In this document: positions 22,235-31,290 of the stretch, one piece after another
Layout: the number at the start of each line of letters is the position of its first letter
How positions within the stretch are numbered: position 1 is the first letter of the stretch
Source of the DNA: Chloroflexota bacterium
Lineage (GTDB): Bacteria; Chloroflexota; Anaerolineae; Anaerolineales; Villigracilaceae
DNA length: 32,453 bases
Reading direction: 5' to 3'
NCBI GenBank assembly: GCA_041301835.1
Contig: JBFYSG010000003.1
Span: 1-32,453 of the forward strand
Position numbers and translations under genes: made by a program
Notes under the pieces: model-generated
What the model saw: only the letters and a program-made list of their open reading frames with translations
What the model was told of the DNA's origin: nothing
Databases searched by the model: none

Positions 22235-22927
22235 TCATGCTTTTGGCTTCACCCGTCTCCCCAGCATCAATCCAAACAGCAGTCCCAGCCCTGCGCAGAA
22301 AATCATCAGGAACAGCACCGCATCCTGCCAGAATTGCATCGGGAACAGCCGGATGAGGCTGTCGGAATACAAGAAACGCCAGGAATCGCCCTCAAAGAAC
22401 AAGGCATGGAAGGACTCGAAGAATGTCCAGAAACTGATGACGGCAAACAAACCCAGGGCTGCCACCACCCCAAAGGTGAGCCAGCCGCCGCGCCGGATAC
22501 CCGCCACAAGGTCCAAACGCCAGGCACGACGCTGTGCCACCAGCAGCAAACCAACCAGCACCAGGCTCAAACCCATGCCCAGTTTGTTCAGCGGCAGGAA
22601 AACCGCCTTGACATCCTCCATGTGGCTCAGTTCGCGCCCGTTGAAAAGCGCCGAGCCATCGGGGAAGGTCAGGTCGGAGAGCAGGCTGATATCGGCATTG
22701 GTCGTCAGGTACTGGACGCACAGGTTCGCATATTCCAGCCGCTCTTCCAGGGTGAAGCCGTATTCGTCCGGCGGGAAGTGCGGCAGGCGGTATTCGATAT
22801 CCAGGAAGAATCCGCTAGCCAGGATGCGCACGCCGAGGAACACCAGCAGGACCGGCACGAGCAGGGTCGCGATCCAGGATACGGCAATACCCCAGGGTCC
22901 AGCCAGTTTTTCGAGTTTTTCTTTCAT
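22235..22927 (-). CDS. TIGR01906/DUF1461-family integral membrane protein
   Basis: An N-terminal TM segment is followed by 'LPHFPPDEYGFTLEERLEYANLCVQYL' and 'ELSHMEDVK', with C-terminal TM segments and 'FEGDSWRFLYSDSLIRLFP'. This pattern is recalled from the family. Confidence 0.65.
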   Translation of the reverse strand: MKEKLEKLAGPWGIAVSWIATLLVPVLLVFLGVRILASGFFLDIEYRLPHFPPDEYGFTLEERLEYANLCVQYLTTNADISLLSDLTFPDGSALFNGRELSHMEDVKAVFLPLNKLGMGLSLVLVGLLLVAQRRAWRLDLVAGIRRGGWLTFGVVAALGLFAVISFWTFFESFHALFFEGDSWRFLYSDSLIRLFPMQFWQDAVLFLMIFCAGLGLLFGLMLGRRVKPKA

Positions 22928-22970
22928 ATGTCTCCCGGTTCCGCACAGGCGTCCCCCGCCCGCCTGCAGG

Positions 22971-24521
22971 TCATTCCAGCATGTCGCTGCCGCTTTCGAG
23001 CAGGAAGTGCAGGATAAGGTTGTTCGTCAGCCATTCGATCGGGCTGAGGTCATCGGTGAAGACCACAGTGTTCTGCGGGGCAGGCGCCAGGTTCGTCCAG
23101 GTCAGGTAGAGCGATTCGATCAACAGCGGTGGAACCTCACCACCCTGGGTAAAGCGGACCAGGTTGTCGAAGAGGTCCTGCGCTGCAGTCGGCTGCACGG
23201 TGGCGTACAGGATCGAGTTGAAGGTCCCGGGTACGTCCATCACATGTATTGAAGGGAACAAGGTCCCAATGGTGGTCGCCAGACCGTCGATCAGGCGGCG
23301 GTCATCCGGGGCGCGCCCCACGTTGATCGCCAGCACACCCTGCGGCGCGAGGCGCTGCCGGGCGATGGTGAAGAACTCCTGCGTGGTCAGGTGCGGGGGG
23401 ATATACGGAGGGCGATAGGCATCCACGATGATCAGATCGTACGTTTCAAGGCTCTTTTCCAACCCGAGCCTGCCGTCCTGGACATACACGTTCAGGTTGG
23501 GCAGGTCCATGGCGAAGTAATCCACCCCAGCCTGCACGATCTTGGGGTCGATCTCCCAGCCATCGATGATCACGTTCGGGAAGACACTCGCCGCCTGGTG
23601 CGCGGCAGTACCCGCCGCCAGCCCGACGATGCCCACCCGGGCGATATCCGCAGGCTCCTGCCCGGCATAAAAGAAGGGACCCGAAAGGAACTGCTGCCAG
23701 GGTCCGCCGTAGTTCAGCCGATCAGGATGGTATTCGGAATGCACTCCCTGCCCCTCGTTCAGGCGCAGTTGTCGGGTCCCATCCGGCAATTCCAGCACCT
23801 GGATGTAGTTGTATGCCGACTCGGTCTCGAAGATCTGTCCCTGCGAGCGCTTGATGACCCCCGTACCCGGGATGAATGCCAGCGCCACCAGCATGAGCAT
23901 CGGCAGGTGGGTGAGTACCGCTTTCCTGCCGGCGCTCAATCCCAGTCCGACCAGCGCCACGACAAGCAGGAGCATGCTGAACACCAGGAAGGTGCGCGTG
24001 GTGCCGATGGTCGGGATGAGCACCAACGTGGGCAGGAACGAGCCGATGAACGAGCCGATGGTCGAGATGCCATAAATGCTGCCCGCCACGTTACCAGCCC
24101 GGGAGGTATCCTCCATGCAGACACGGATGGCAAAGGGCGATGCCATGCCCAGCAGGGTGACCGGCACGGTGAACAGCACCAGCACGGCGACAAAGGAGCC
24201 TGCCAGCACCCCCACCTGCAGGTTGTCAAATGCATCCGCCGCCGCCCTGAGCACCGGTCCTGCCGCGAAGGGGACGATCCCCAGGGTGAGCGCCCCCCAT
24301 GCCAGGATGGCGTACATGGTGCGCGGGTGCGGCGACCTGTCCGCCCATTTCCCGCCGATGAAGTAGCCTGCGGTCAAGTATATGAGGATCAGCCCGATGA
24401 TGACCGCCCAGACCACGTTGCTGGTGCCAAAAACGTTGCCCAGCAGGCGCGAGGCGCCGAACTCAGCCGCCAGGGAGGTCATGCCCGAAATGAAGACCGT
24501 AAAATAGATGTATTTTCGCAT
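22971..24521 (-). CDS. Fused polytopic membrane domain / spermidine-synthase-like (SpeE-fold methyltransferase-like) protein
   Basis: The N-terminal ~200 aa hold multiple TM segments. The C-terminal region is 'VGIVGLAAGTAAHQA...IDGWEIDPKIV...DLIIVDAYRPPYIPPHLTTQEFF', typical of spermidine synthase-like proteins. Confidence 0.8.
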   Translation of the reverse strand: MRKYIYFTVFISGMTSLAAEFGASRLLGNVFGTSNVVWAVIIGLILIYLTAGYFIGGKWADRSPHPRTMYAILAWGALTLGIVPFAAGPVLRAAADAFDNLQVGVLAGSFVAVLVLFTVPVTLLGMASPFAIRVCMEDTSRAGNVAGSIYGISTIGSFIGSFLPTLVLIPTIGTTRTFLVFSMLLLVVALVGLGLSAGRKAVLTHLPMLMLVALAFIPGTGVIKRSQGQIFETESAYNYIQVLELPDGTRQLRLNEGQGVHSEYHPDRLNYGGPWQQFLSGPFFYAGQEPADIARVGIVGLAAGTAAHQAASVFPNVIIDGWEIDPKIVQAGVDYFAMDLPNLNVYVQDGRLGLEKSLETYDLIIVDAYRPPYIPPHLTTQEFFTIARQRLAPQGVLAINVGRAPDDRRLIDGLATTIGTLFPSIHVMDVPGTFNSILYATVQPTAAQDLFDNLVRFTQGGEVPPLLIESLYLTWTNLAPAPQNTVVFTDDLSPIEWLTNNLILHFLLESGSDMLE

Positions 24522-24553
24522 GGTGGCTCGATTATACCGTCAACGCTTTCTAC

Positions 24554-24582
24554 TTGACGAATCCTTTCATGTCGTCTACAAT
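24554..24582 (+). promoter_or_regulatory. Sigma70-type promoter for the L25/Ctc gene (TTGACG, 17-nt spacer, TACAAT)
   Basis: The -35 is at 24554-24559 and the -10 at 24577-24582, with an exact 17-nt spacer. This leaves a leader of about 86 nt. Confidence 0.6.
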
Positions 24583-24675
24583 TCCGCCCGCTCCCGGCTT
24601 AGCCTGGAGTAAATCCGAGGAAGAGCGAAGGTAATCCCTCCATGGAGGGGTGAGAGGCGCTCGAGGAAGGTATGC

Positions 24676-25344
24676 ATGGAGAAAGTCGTACTCAAAGCCG
24701 CCAAGCGCAGCGTCACCGGTAAACAGGTGCGCGCCCTGCGCCGTGCCGGCGAACTGCCCGGCATCATCTACGGGCACGACATGGAGCCGGTCAACATCTC
24801 GTTGAACGCCCATGATGCCACCCTGCTGCTCAATCGCACCACGGCTTCCAGCCTGGTGACGATCGAACTGGATGGCAAGGAATACCCGACCCTGGTGCGC
24901 GAACGCCAGCGCAACCCGATCAAAAGCGTGTATGTCCACATCGATTTCCAGGCAGTATCCATGACCGAGAAGATCAACGCCGAGGTTGCCATCCAGTTGA
25001 CCGGCATCTCCCCGGCGGTCAAGGACTTCAACGCCGTCCTGGTCACCGGCATTTCCGAGTTGGAAATGGAAGCCCTGCCGCAGGACCTGCCGGAACGCAT
25101 CGTCGTGGATATATCCAACCTGCTCAAGATCGGCGATGGCATCTACGTGCGTGATATCATCGTGTCCGACAAGGTCAAGGTGCTGGCGAATGCCAATGAA
25201 ATGATCATCCTTGCCACCGCACCCAAGGCTGAGGTCGTGGAAGAGCCCGTGGTCGAGGCTGTGGCGGTTGAAGAAGGCACCGAACCGGAAGTGATCGAGA
25301 GAGGCAAGAAGGAAGAAGAAGACGCCGAAGAAGAAAAGAAATAA
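24676..25344 (+). CDS. rplY: 50S ribosomal protein L25/general stress protein Ctc, with an acidic/Lys-rich tail
   Basis: The N-terminus 'LKAAKRSVTGKQVRALRRAGELPGIIYGH' is the canonical L25/Ctc sequence. At 222 aa it is the long (Ctc) form. Confidence 0.92.
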   Translation: MEKVVLKAAKRSVTGKQVRALRRAGELPGIIYGHDMEPVNISLNAHDATLLLNRTTASSLVTIELDGKEYPTLVRERQRNPIKSVYVHIDFQAVSMTEKINAEVAIQLTGISPAVKDFNAVLVTGISELEMEALPQDLPERIVVDISNLLKIGDGIYVRDIIVSDKVKVLANANEMIILATAPKAEVVEEPVVEAVAVEEGTEPEVIERGKKEEEDAEEEKK

Positions 25345-25362
25345 ATACCCCCGTACGCATGG

Positions 25363-25397
25363 GATCCCCGCAGTTATCACTGCGGGGATCTTTTTTT
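25363..25397. terminator. Bidirectional intrinsic terminator between convergent L25 and Nudix genes
   Basis: Perfect 11-bp stem: gatccccgcag (25363-25373) pairs with ctgcggggatc (25380-25390). A T7 run follows and overlaps the Nudix stop codon. Confidence 0.8.
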
Positions 25398-26001
25398 ATA
25401 TTCCCAGCACTCCCAGCAGGTTCAACAGGATGCGCGCACTCGCCCCCCACAGCACTTCACCGTCATAGGCATGGTAGACCACCACCGGGAAGGGATGCTG
25501 TTCCCCGCCGGGTGTTAAGGAGCGTTCCTCCCGATTTTGCGCCTCCGCCAGCCAGGTGAGTGGAATCGTGAAGATGCGCTCCACTTCCTGCGGCGCCGGG
25601 AACAACGGATAGTCCTGCGGCATCACGCCCACGACCGGGGTAACGCGGTAACCGGTGATCGTCGCCACATCATTCAGGCGTCCCAGCAAGCGCACATCCG
25701 CCCGTTTCAGCCCGATCTCCTCCTCGGCTTCGCGCAGGGCGGTCTGCTCCGGGCTTGCCTCGCCGGCGTCACACGCCCCGCCAGGAAAGGATACCTGTCC
25801 CTTGTGATGCTCGACCTGGTCGGTGCGGCGGGTGAAGACAATGCTCCACGCTCCCCCTTGCCGTGTGAACAGGATCAGCACCGCAGCGCATTTCAGGTCC
25901 ATGCCCAAAAGCAGGTCGGCATAGCCGTCGGTGGAGGCGAGCACGCCCGGTGTGTATGCCTCTGCCAGGCGCAGGCGGATCTGCTCTTCAGAAAGATCCA
26001 T
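25396..26001 (-). CDS. Nudix hydrolase, CoA-pyrophosphatase type
   Basis: The Nudix box is 'GGACDAGEASPEQTALREAEEEIGL'. It is preceded by the CoA-pyrophosphatase-type motif 'VFTRRTDQVEHHKGQVSFPGG'. The start is ambiguous between ATG 26001 (MDLSEEQ) and ATG 26052, which overlaps the upstream gene by 37 nt. Confidence 0.8.
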   Translation of the reverse strand: MDLSEEQIRLRLAEAYTPGVLASTDGYADLLLGMDLKCAAVLILFTRQGGAWSIVFTRRTDQVEHHKGQVSFPGGACDAGEASPEQTALREAEEEIGLKRADVRLLGRLNDVATITGYRVTPVVGVMPQDYPLFPAPQEVERIFTIPLTWLAEAQNREERSLTPGGEQHPFPVVVYHAYDGEVLWGASARILLNLLGVLGI

Positions 26002-26015
26002 GGACGGGCGCGGTC

Positions 26016-26573
26016 TTACTCCGCCCGCACGGCGCTGCCGCAGAACGGGCATTCGGCGGTCGCCTCATCCACCCACTCCATCTCGTCCGAGCGCAGCGGA
26101 CCACCGCAGGTGGGGCAGACGGTGGGCAGCAGGCGTTTCCGCGCCGCCGGGCTGGCGGCGGGTTCCACCGCCGCGTTGGTGGGGACCGCACCCGGTATGA
26201 CCCCGATCAGCGCCTCGATCTCCGCCGCCTCGGCATCCAAGCCACGCGCCTTCAGCTCCGCAATGGTGCGCCGTCCGACGTTTTGCAGGTGCGGGAGATT
26301 GCCGCGCCCCAGCATGATGGTCAAGCCCTGCTTCAAGTCACCCATGCCTGCGGGCACCTGCCCAGCCAGGATGCGGGCGCGCCCGGCTTGCATGAACAAC
26401 TGTGCATCGCGCGGGAGGCCGCGCGCCTGGGCGCCGCGTGCCAGTTGTTCGTAGGCTTCCGCCGCGGCAGGGTAATTCCCGGATGCCATCAGTTCGTTGG
26501 CGCGCCGCAACAGCGGCGGGATCTCCTGCCGCAGGGCACGCCGCAGGGGACGCACAAAGGGTCTTCGAAACAT
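26016..26573 (-). CDS. Hypothetical protein: helical (TPR-like) N-terminal region plus a C-terminal CxxC...CxxC zinc ribbon
   Basis: 'CPTCGGPL...ECPFCGS' lies at the C-terminus. I moved the start to ATG 26573, which is preceded by AAAAAGGAGGATCC (strong SD). The track's TTG 26600 would overlap the upstream stop. Confidence 0.65.
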   Translation of the reverse strand: MFRRPFVRPLRRALRQEIPPLLRRANELMASGNYPAAAEAYEQLARGAQARGLPRDAQLFMQAGRARILAGQVPAGMGDLKQGLTIMLGRGNLPHLQNVGRRTIAELKARGLDAEAAEIEALIGVIPGAVPTNAAVEPAASPAARKRLLPTVCPTCGGPLRSDEMEWVDEATAECPFCGSAVRAE

Positions 26574-26596
26574 GGATCCTCCTTTTTTCGCTTCTT

Positions 26597-27484
26597 TCAA
26601 GGCGCGGGTGTGAATTCCACCAATTCCACCACGCTTTCCACTTCCATGCTGGATGGCGCTCCGCTGATGACCTCAAAACTGGCAGTCTCCACCTGCGAGC
26701 GCACCAAGCCCAGGTACGGGGCATACCACTGTGTGGTCGTGACCGTCAGTGGCGCGCTGGTAGCGATGCCCGGGTAGATGAGCCCGGTTGCCATGCGGAA
26801 AGTGAAGGACACCACCAGCGCCTGCGGGAAATCGCCCGCCGCAACACGCACATCTTCGTGCAAACCTTGCGTACTGAATGTTAACTTGATCGGAGAGTCG
26901 AGATTGATACACAGGGTGATATCGCTTACAACTTTTCGGAAGCAGGGGGACTGCTCGGTGATGTACACCGCCCCCCATTCCAGCATCCATGCCTGGCTGG
27001 TGAACTGTTCGTATCCTGGCGCATAAATGCCAGACTCATAATAGGTATTGAGGACCCCATCCAGGTAATCCCCCAACTGCAGGCTGATGAAGAATAGCGG
27101 GAAATCCTCGATCCCGCCGTCCTCCAGGCAGGTCACCCAATCCTGGTTGATCGTTCCGGTATCCAGGTCCTCCATCTCAATGACCGCATTGATGCCCACC
27201 TCCTCATTCCACTCCACCACCCGCAGCACCTGTTCCGAACTGCCCAGCGGGCTGGTGGAGCGGTAATGCCAGGTGTTGCCCACGTTCAACGACATCAGCG
27301 GGTTCTCGCACGGACCGGAGGGGACCGGGGTGGAGGTTGGTGTTGCGGTCGGCGGCATGGGCGTTGTGGTAACCGTCCCGGGTTGCGAGGCTGGCGCCGC
27401 AGGGTCTGTGCCCGGCAGGCTGCCTGTCTCACAGGCGGCAAGCAGCAGGCAGACGAGCAGCAGGATAAGTGGAATCTTCTTCAT
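26597..27484 (-). CDS. Uncharacterised lipoprotein (paralog of 27513..28358)
   Basis: The signal peptide plus lipobox is 'LLLVCLLLAAC', followed by a Pro/Thr linker. It shares motifs with its neighbour (see findings). Confidence 0.75.
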   Translation of the reverse strand: MKKIPLILLLVCLLLAACETGSLPGTDPAAPASQPGTVTTTPMPPTATPTSTPVPSGPCENPLMSLNVGNTWHYRSTSPLGSSEQVLRVVEWNEEVGINAVIEMEDLDTGTINQDWVTCLEDGGIEDFPLFFISLQLGDYLDGVLNTYYESGIYAPGYEQFTSQAWMLEWGAVYITEQSPCFRKVVSDITLCINLDSPIKLTFSTQGLHEDVRVAAGDFPQALVVSFTFRMATGLIYPGIATSAPLTVTTTQWYAPYLGLVRSQVETASFEVISGAPSSMEVESVVELVEFTPAP

Positions 27485-27512
27485 GGCTCATCCTTGTCGA
27501 TTTGGTAGGCGA

Positions 27513-28358
27513 TCAGTGTACTTCCACCAGTTCGACGGCTCCGCTGGCTTCGATCGGGAAACTGATCCCGAACACGGTCAGCATGGCAGAGCGGATCTCG
27601 GTCTTGAGCAGACCGGTGTAAGGTTCATACCAGTGAACGCTTTCAACCGTGATCGTGCCGGCACCGGTCATGCCCTCAAAGGTGATGGAAGCCTGAACCT
27701 GGGCGGTGCGCGTGACTTTGTATGCCTGCGCAAAGGTGCCTGCCGGGACGGTCACGCTCTCCTGGCCTGCAATCTGCCAGGTCAGGTGGATGGGGGAATC
27801 CTCCAGCGTGATCGAGGTGCTTTCACCCTCACCGGTGTAGGTGACCGTGCCTGACGCCTGGTATTCCCCTTCCCAACCCAGCGTCCAGTCGGAGGCTTCC
27901 ATGTCCTCGGCGCGCGGCGCAAAGACACCCGAGATATACACCGCCTGGATATCGCCTGCCAGGTAATTGCCGAACAGCGAGCCGACCGTCATCGACGGGA
28001 AGTTGGTGATGGCGCCGTCCTGGCATTCCACGCTGGTCTGGGTCGTGGTGCCGGTCCCCAGGTCCACCATGTTCAAAGTTGCCCCGGATTCGGTTACATC
28101 CACGACCGAGATGCCGAAGCGCGAGGTCAGCGGATCGGGCGTGGCATCCTGCTCGACCCCCACTTTCTGGTACACCCACTGCCTGCCCTCGTCGAAGGGA
28201 TACAAGATGTTGTAGCAGGGACCGCCGGGAGCGGTCGTGGCAGTGGGTTCGCGCGCAGGGGCACTTTCATCCCCATCGGTCGCGCTCCCCAGGCGGCACG
28301 CCATGGTGCTGGCGATCAGGACGAACAGAACGATCACGAGGCTGATCTTGTTCTTCAT
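27513..28358 (-). CDS. Uncharacterised lipoprotein (paralog of 26597..27484)
   Basis: I prefer ATG 28358 ('MKNKISLVIVLFVLIASTMAC', lipobox) to the track's 28391, which would overlap trmI. A weak SD (TAGGAG) is upstream. Confidence 0.75.
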   Translation of the reverse strand: MKNKISLVIVLFVLIASTMACRLGSATDGDESAPAREPTATTAPGGPCYNILYPFDEGRQWVYQKVGVEQDATPDPLTSRFGISVVDVTESGATLNMVDLGTGTTTQTSVECQDGAITNFPSMTVGSLFGNYLAGDIQAVYISGVFAPRAEDMEASDWTLGWEGEYQASGTVTYTGEGESTSITLEDSPIHLTWQIAGQESVTVPAGTFAQAYKVTRTAQVQASITFEGMTGAGTITVESVHWYEPYTGLLKTEIRSAMLTVFGISFPIEASGAVELVEVH

Positions 28359-28371
28359 GGTTCGGCTGCTC

Positions 28372-29229
28372 CTATTCAGGGGTTTGGTCATCCTTGCCCC
28401 CGTGCAACTCTTCCATCAGTTCGCTGCCGCGCTCATCCTCCGCCGGCTCGATCCGCCGGGCAAATGTCAGGAAGCCGGTATGGGCGACCATGCGGTCGGT
28501 CGGGCGCAGGCGGCTGGGTTCGGGCTTGTAATAGCGCAACAGGATCTCGCACACTTCCAGGAAGGCGAAATCGTTGTGACGCAGGGCATGCAGCAGGGTC
28601 TCCACCTGGTTGAAGGTCGGCACCAGGTTGCAGAAGAAGCCCCCGGGCTTGAGGGCAGCGCGCACCTGCCGGGTGTAATCCCACGGGTTGGGCACGTCCA
28701 GAAAAAAGGCATCCACGTTCGTTTCGCTGATCCCTTCGGCGATATCCCCCAGTTTGAACTCCACCTGCCCATCCAACCCCAAACGGCTCAGGTTCTTGCG
28801 CGCCAGTTCCTGGAACTCGGGACGCCGCTCGTAGGTGATGACCCTGCCCTGCGCCCCCACGCAGAATGCCAGCGCCACCGTCATCGAGCCAGACCCCGTG
28901 CCTGCTTCCATCACCGTCTGCCCCGGACCGATGGACATGGTGGTCAGGATGAAGCCGATGTCCTTGGGATACATGATCTGGGTGCTGCGCTTCAACTCCG
29001 TCAGGATATCGCCCAGCGCAGGCTGCAGCAGGAAGAAGGGACTACCCTGGTGGCTGAAGACCTGGCTGCCCCACGGCGTTCCGATCAGGTCATCGTGCTG
29101 CAGTACGCCGCGGTGTGTGTGCAGCTGCCCCCCCGCCACCAGCGTGAAGATGTAGTGCTTGTGGCGCAGTCCCACCAACTGCGCCAGGTCGCCCACCTGG
29201 GCGTGCGTGGAGCTTAAATTCCAGGGCAT
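28372..29229 (-). CDS. trmI: tRNA (adenine58-N1)-methyltransferase TrmI (GCD14 family)
   Basis: The N-terminal beta domain is 'GDLAQLVGLRHKHYIFTLVAGGQLHTHRGVLQHDDLIG'. 'IMYPKDIGFIL' and the SAM motif 'VMEAGTGSGSMT' are typical of TrmI. Confidence 0.88.
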   Translation of the reverse strand: MPWNLSSTHAQVGDLAQLVGLRHKHYIFTLVAGGQLHTHRGVLQHDDLIGTPWGSQVFSHQGSPFFLLQPALGDILTELKRSTQIMYPKDIGFILTTMSIGPGQTVMEAGTGSGSMTVALAFCVGAQGRVITYERRPEFQELARKNLSRLGLDGQVEFKLGDIAEGISETNVDAFFLDVPNPWDYTRQVRAALKPGGFFCNLVPTFNQVETLLHALRHNDFAFLEVCEILLRYYKPEPSRLRPTDRMVAHTGFLTFARRIEPAEDERGSELMEELHGGKDDQTPE

Positions 29230-29308
29230 GCGAGCCTCGGCATGCTGGCGTGCATCGGGTCGGACTTCGGGGTGATCGGCACGGCTTCAACACCGCCTCG
29301 GGTGTGTT

Positions 29309-31219
29309 TCATGGCTTGAGATGTGTGCTGAAGAAATCGGTGATGGCATTGTAACAGGTGACCCGGTTCGCATATTTCAACACGTCGTGACCTTCGTCCT
29401 CGAAGATCATCAACTCGATCGCCTTGCCCTTCGCCTTCAGGTCAGCCACCAATTCCTCGGATTCCTTCGCCACCACGCGCGGGTCGTTGCGCCCCTGGAT
29501 CACCAGCATCGGGCAGGACAAGCCATCCAGGTAGGTTTTCGGGGAGCGTTCTGTCATGAACGCCTGCCCCTCAGGCTTGCCTGGGTCGCCCAGGGTCACC
29601 AGGAAATAGGGCTTCCAGGTCTCGGGCAGACGGTGGAAGAAGGAGATCAGGTCGTAGGGACCGAACATGTCGCAGGCTGCGCGCCACAAATCCGGGTGGC
29701 GACCCGCCAGCATCAGGGTCATGTAGCCGCCGTAGGAGCGCCCCACCACGGCGGCACGTCGAACGTCCAGGCGTTTGTCACGCGGCAGGACCTGCGTCAT
29801 GGCATGGACGTGGTCCAGCCGGTCCAGCCCGCCCCAGTCGTGGTCCACCTGCTTCATGTACGACAAGCCGTAACCGCTGGAGCCGCGCACGTTCGGCACG
29901 AAGACCGCAAAGCCGCGCAGGGTCAGGAACTGGATCAGCGGCATCGAGAACCAGGCAAAATCCGGGCGTTCCTGGCTCTGCGGTCCGCCGTGGATGTAGT
30001 AGACCAGCGGGCGGGGACCGGCAAAATTCAATTCCGCGGCAGGCAGATACAAGCGTGCACTGATGCGCATGCCATCGTGGGAGATAAAGGAGGCGTCCTC
30101 ACCCTGCGCCAGGCGCGCCTCGGGGATGCCCAGGATGCGCTCCTCGGTATGCATGATGATCGTGTCGCGCTCCCTGCCTTCCACGGTGTAGATCTGCGTC
30201 GGGCTGGTGGCTGTGGAGAAGGAGATCACGAATCGATCGCCCGGTTTATCGTAATAAAGGCTCTCCAACTTCCCGTTCGAGAGGTCGCCTTCCCCGACCA
30301 GGCTGTGCTTCAATCTCATGACGCGCTTGTCTTCATTGTAAACACCCTCATACTGCCAGGAACAGCCGTCGATGTTAAAGCCCAGGCTGTAATGGGTGCC
30401 CTTCAAATGGGACAGACTGGTCAGTTCGCCCACCCCGGTGTGCAGCACGCCTTCCAGGCTTACCGGTTGGACCTCGCCCGGTCGGGACAGTTCGATCAAC
30501 CCCAGGCTGTACGTGTCATCGAACAGCGCGCTCGTAACCAGCAAGCCCGCCTGTGAAGGCGTCCAGACCGCCCCACCCAGTCCGTTGGGAGCAACGACCT
30601 CACCGTCGGCGCGCTGTTCGATCGGTTTGCCGCACAGCAGGGTCTTTGTACCTGCCTCCAGCATCCAGATCACGTTGTCCCCGCTGGTATAGCCATCTCC
30701 CAGCAGGATGCGGCTGTGATCGGCATTGGGGTTGAACGGTTGTGCGCCCCACTCCGATTCCGCCAGCAGGGTGACCTGGTCGGTGCGCAGGTCGCAGCGA
30801 TAGGCTTCCTGGATCGGCTTGTCGCGCCGCTCCGCCGAGATGTAGGCGGTGTTCTTCTCGATATCGCACTCGGTCAGGTGGATGCGGTGATCTTTAAAAT
30901 GATTCCCAAAGGCAGGCTCGGGGAAGCCGCCTTCCAGCGGGATGTACCTGGGCTGGTAGTTCTCATCCCCATCCTGGTCCAGGATCACCAGGATCTTATC
31001 CAACAGGGGCAGGACCCGGAATGGGATCCCGCTGATCAAGTCCGGGTTCGGTACGGCGATATGGGGCGGCAGCAGCGGTTCGGGGACGGAACTACCGTAG
31101 TACATCGCGTACAGGCTCAACCTGCCGGACAGGTTGCTGATGAAATAAATGCGCTCCCCGCACAACTGAGGGGAGAGGTGGAGACGGGAAGAAAGGAAGG
31201 ATTCGATGCGATAGACCAT
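29309..31219 (-). CDS. S9-family serine peptidase (prolyl oligopeptidase/acylaminoacyl-peptidase-like, beta-propeller plus alpha/beta hydrolase)
   Basis: The catalytic Ser motif is 'VVGRSYGGYM'. The C-terminal region is 'VIQGRNDPRV...FEDEGHDV' (Asp/His). A strong SD (AGAAGGAGAAAAAC) precedes the ATG. Confidence 0.88.
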   Translation of the reverse strand: MVYRIESFLSSRLHLSPQLCGERIYFISNLSGRLSLYAMYYGSSVPEPLLPPHIAVPNPDLISGIPFRVLPLLDKILVILDQDGDENYQPRYIPLEGGFPEPAFGNHFKDHRIHLTECDIEKNTAYISAERRDKPIQEAYRCDLRTDQVTLLAESEWGAQPFNPNADHSRILLGDGYTSGDNVIWMLEAGTKTLLCGKPIEQRADGEVVAPNGLGGAVWTPSQAGLLVTSALFDDTYSLGLIELSRPGEVQPVSLEGVLHTGVGELTSLSHLKGTHYSLGFNIDGCSWQYEGVYNEDKRVMRLKHSLVGEGDLSNGKLESLYYDKPGDRFVISFSTATSPTQIYTVEGRERDTIIMHTEERILGIPEARLAQGEDASFISHDGMRISARLYLPAAELNFAGPRPLVYYIHGGPQSQERPDFAWFSMPLIQFLTLRGFAVFVPNVRGSSGYGLSYMKQVDHDWGGLDRLDHVHAMTQVLPRDKRLDVRRAAVVGRSYGGYMTLMLAGRHPDLWRAACDMFGPYDLISFFHRLPETWKPYFLVTLGDPGKPEGQAFMTERSPKTYLDGLSCPMLVIQGRNDPRVVAKESEELVADLKAKGKAIELMIFEDEGHDVLKYANRVTCYNAITDFFSTHLKP

Positions 31220-31261
31220 GTTTTTCTCCTTCTGAATGCATTAATCTTATCATGAAAAGGC

Positions 31262-31290
31262 TTGACGAATCTCATAGCCACTGATAAACT
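31262..31290 (+). promoter_or_regulatory. Sigma70-type promoter for the cold-shock gene (TTGACG, 17-nt spacer, TAAACT)
   Basis: The -35 is at 31262-31267 and the -10 at 31285-31290. It predicts a ~140-nt 5' UTR, as is typical for csp genes. Confidence 0.5.

Noticed and set aside
24553-24563. The shared string CTTGACGAATC at 24553 and 31261 as a dispersed repeat or regulator site
   Set aside because: Both copies coincide with -35 boxes of plausible promoters. An 11-nt match seen twice is most simply explained by -35 consensus plus chance, and I did not notice further copies.
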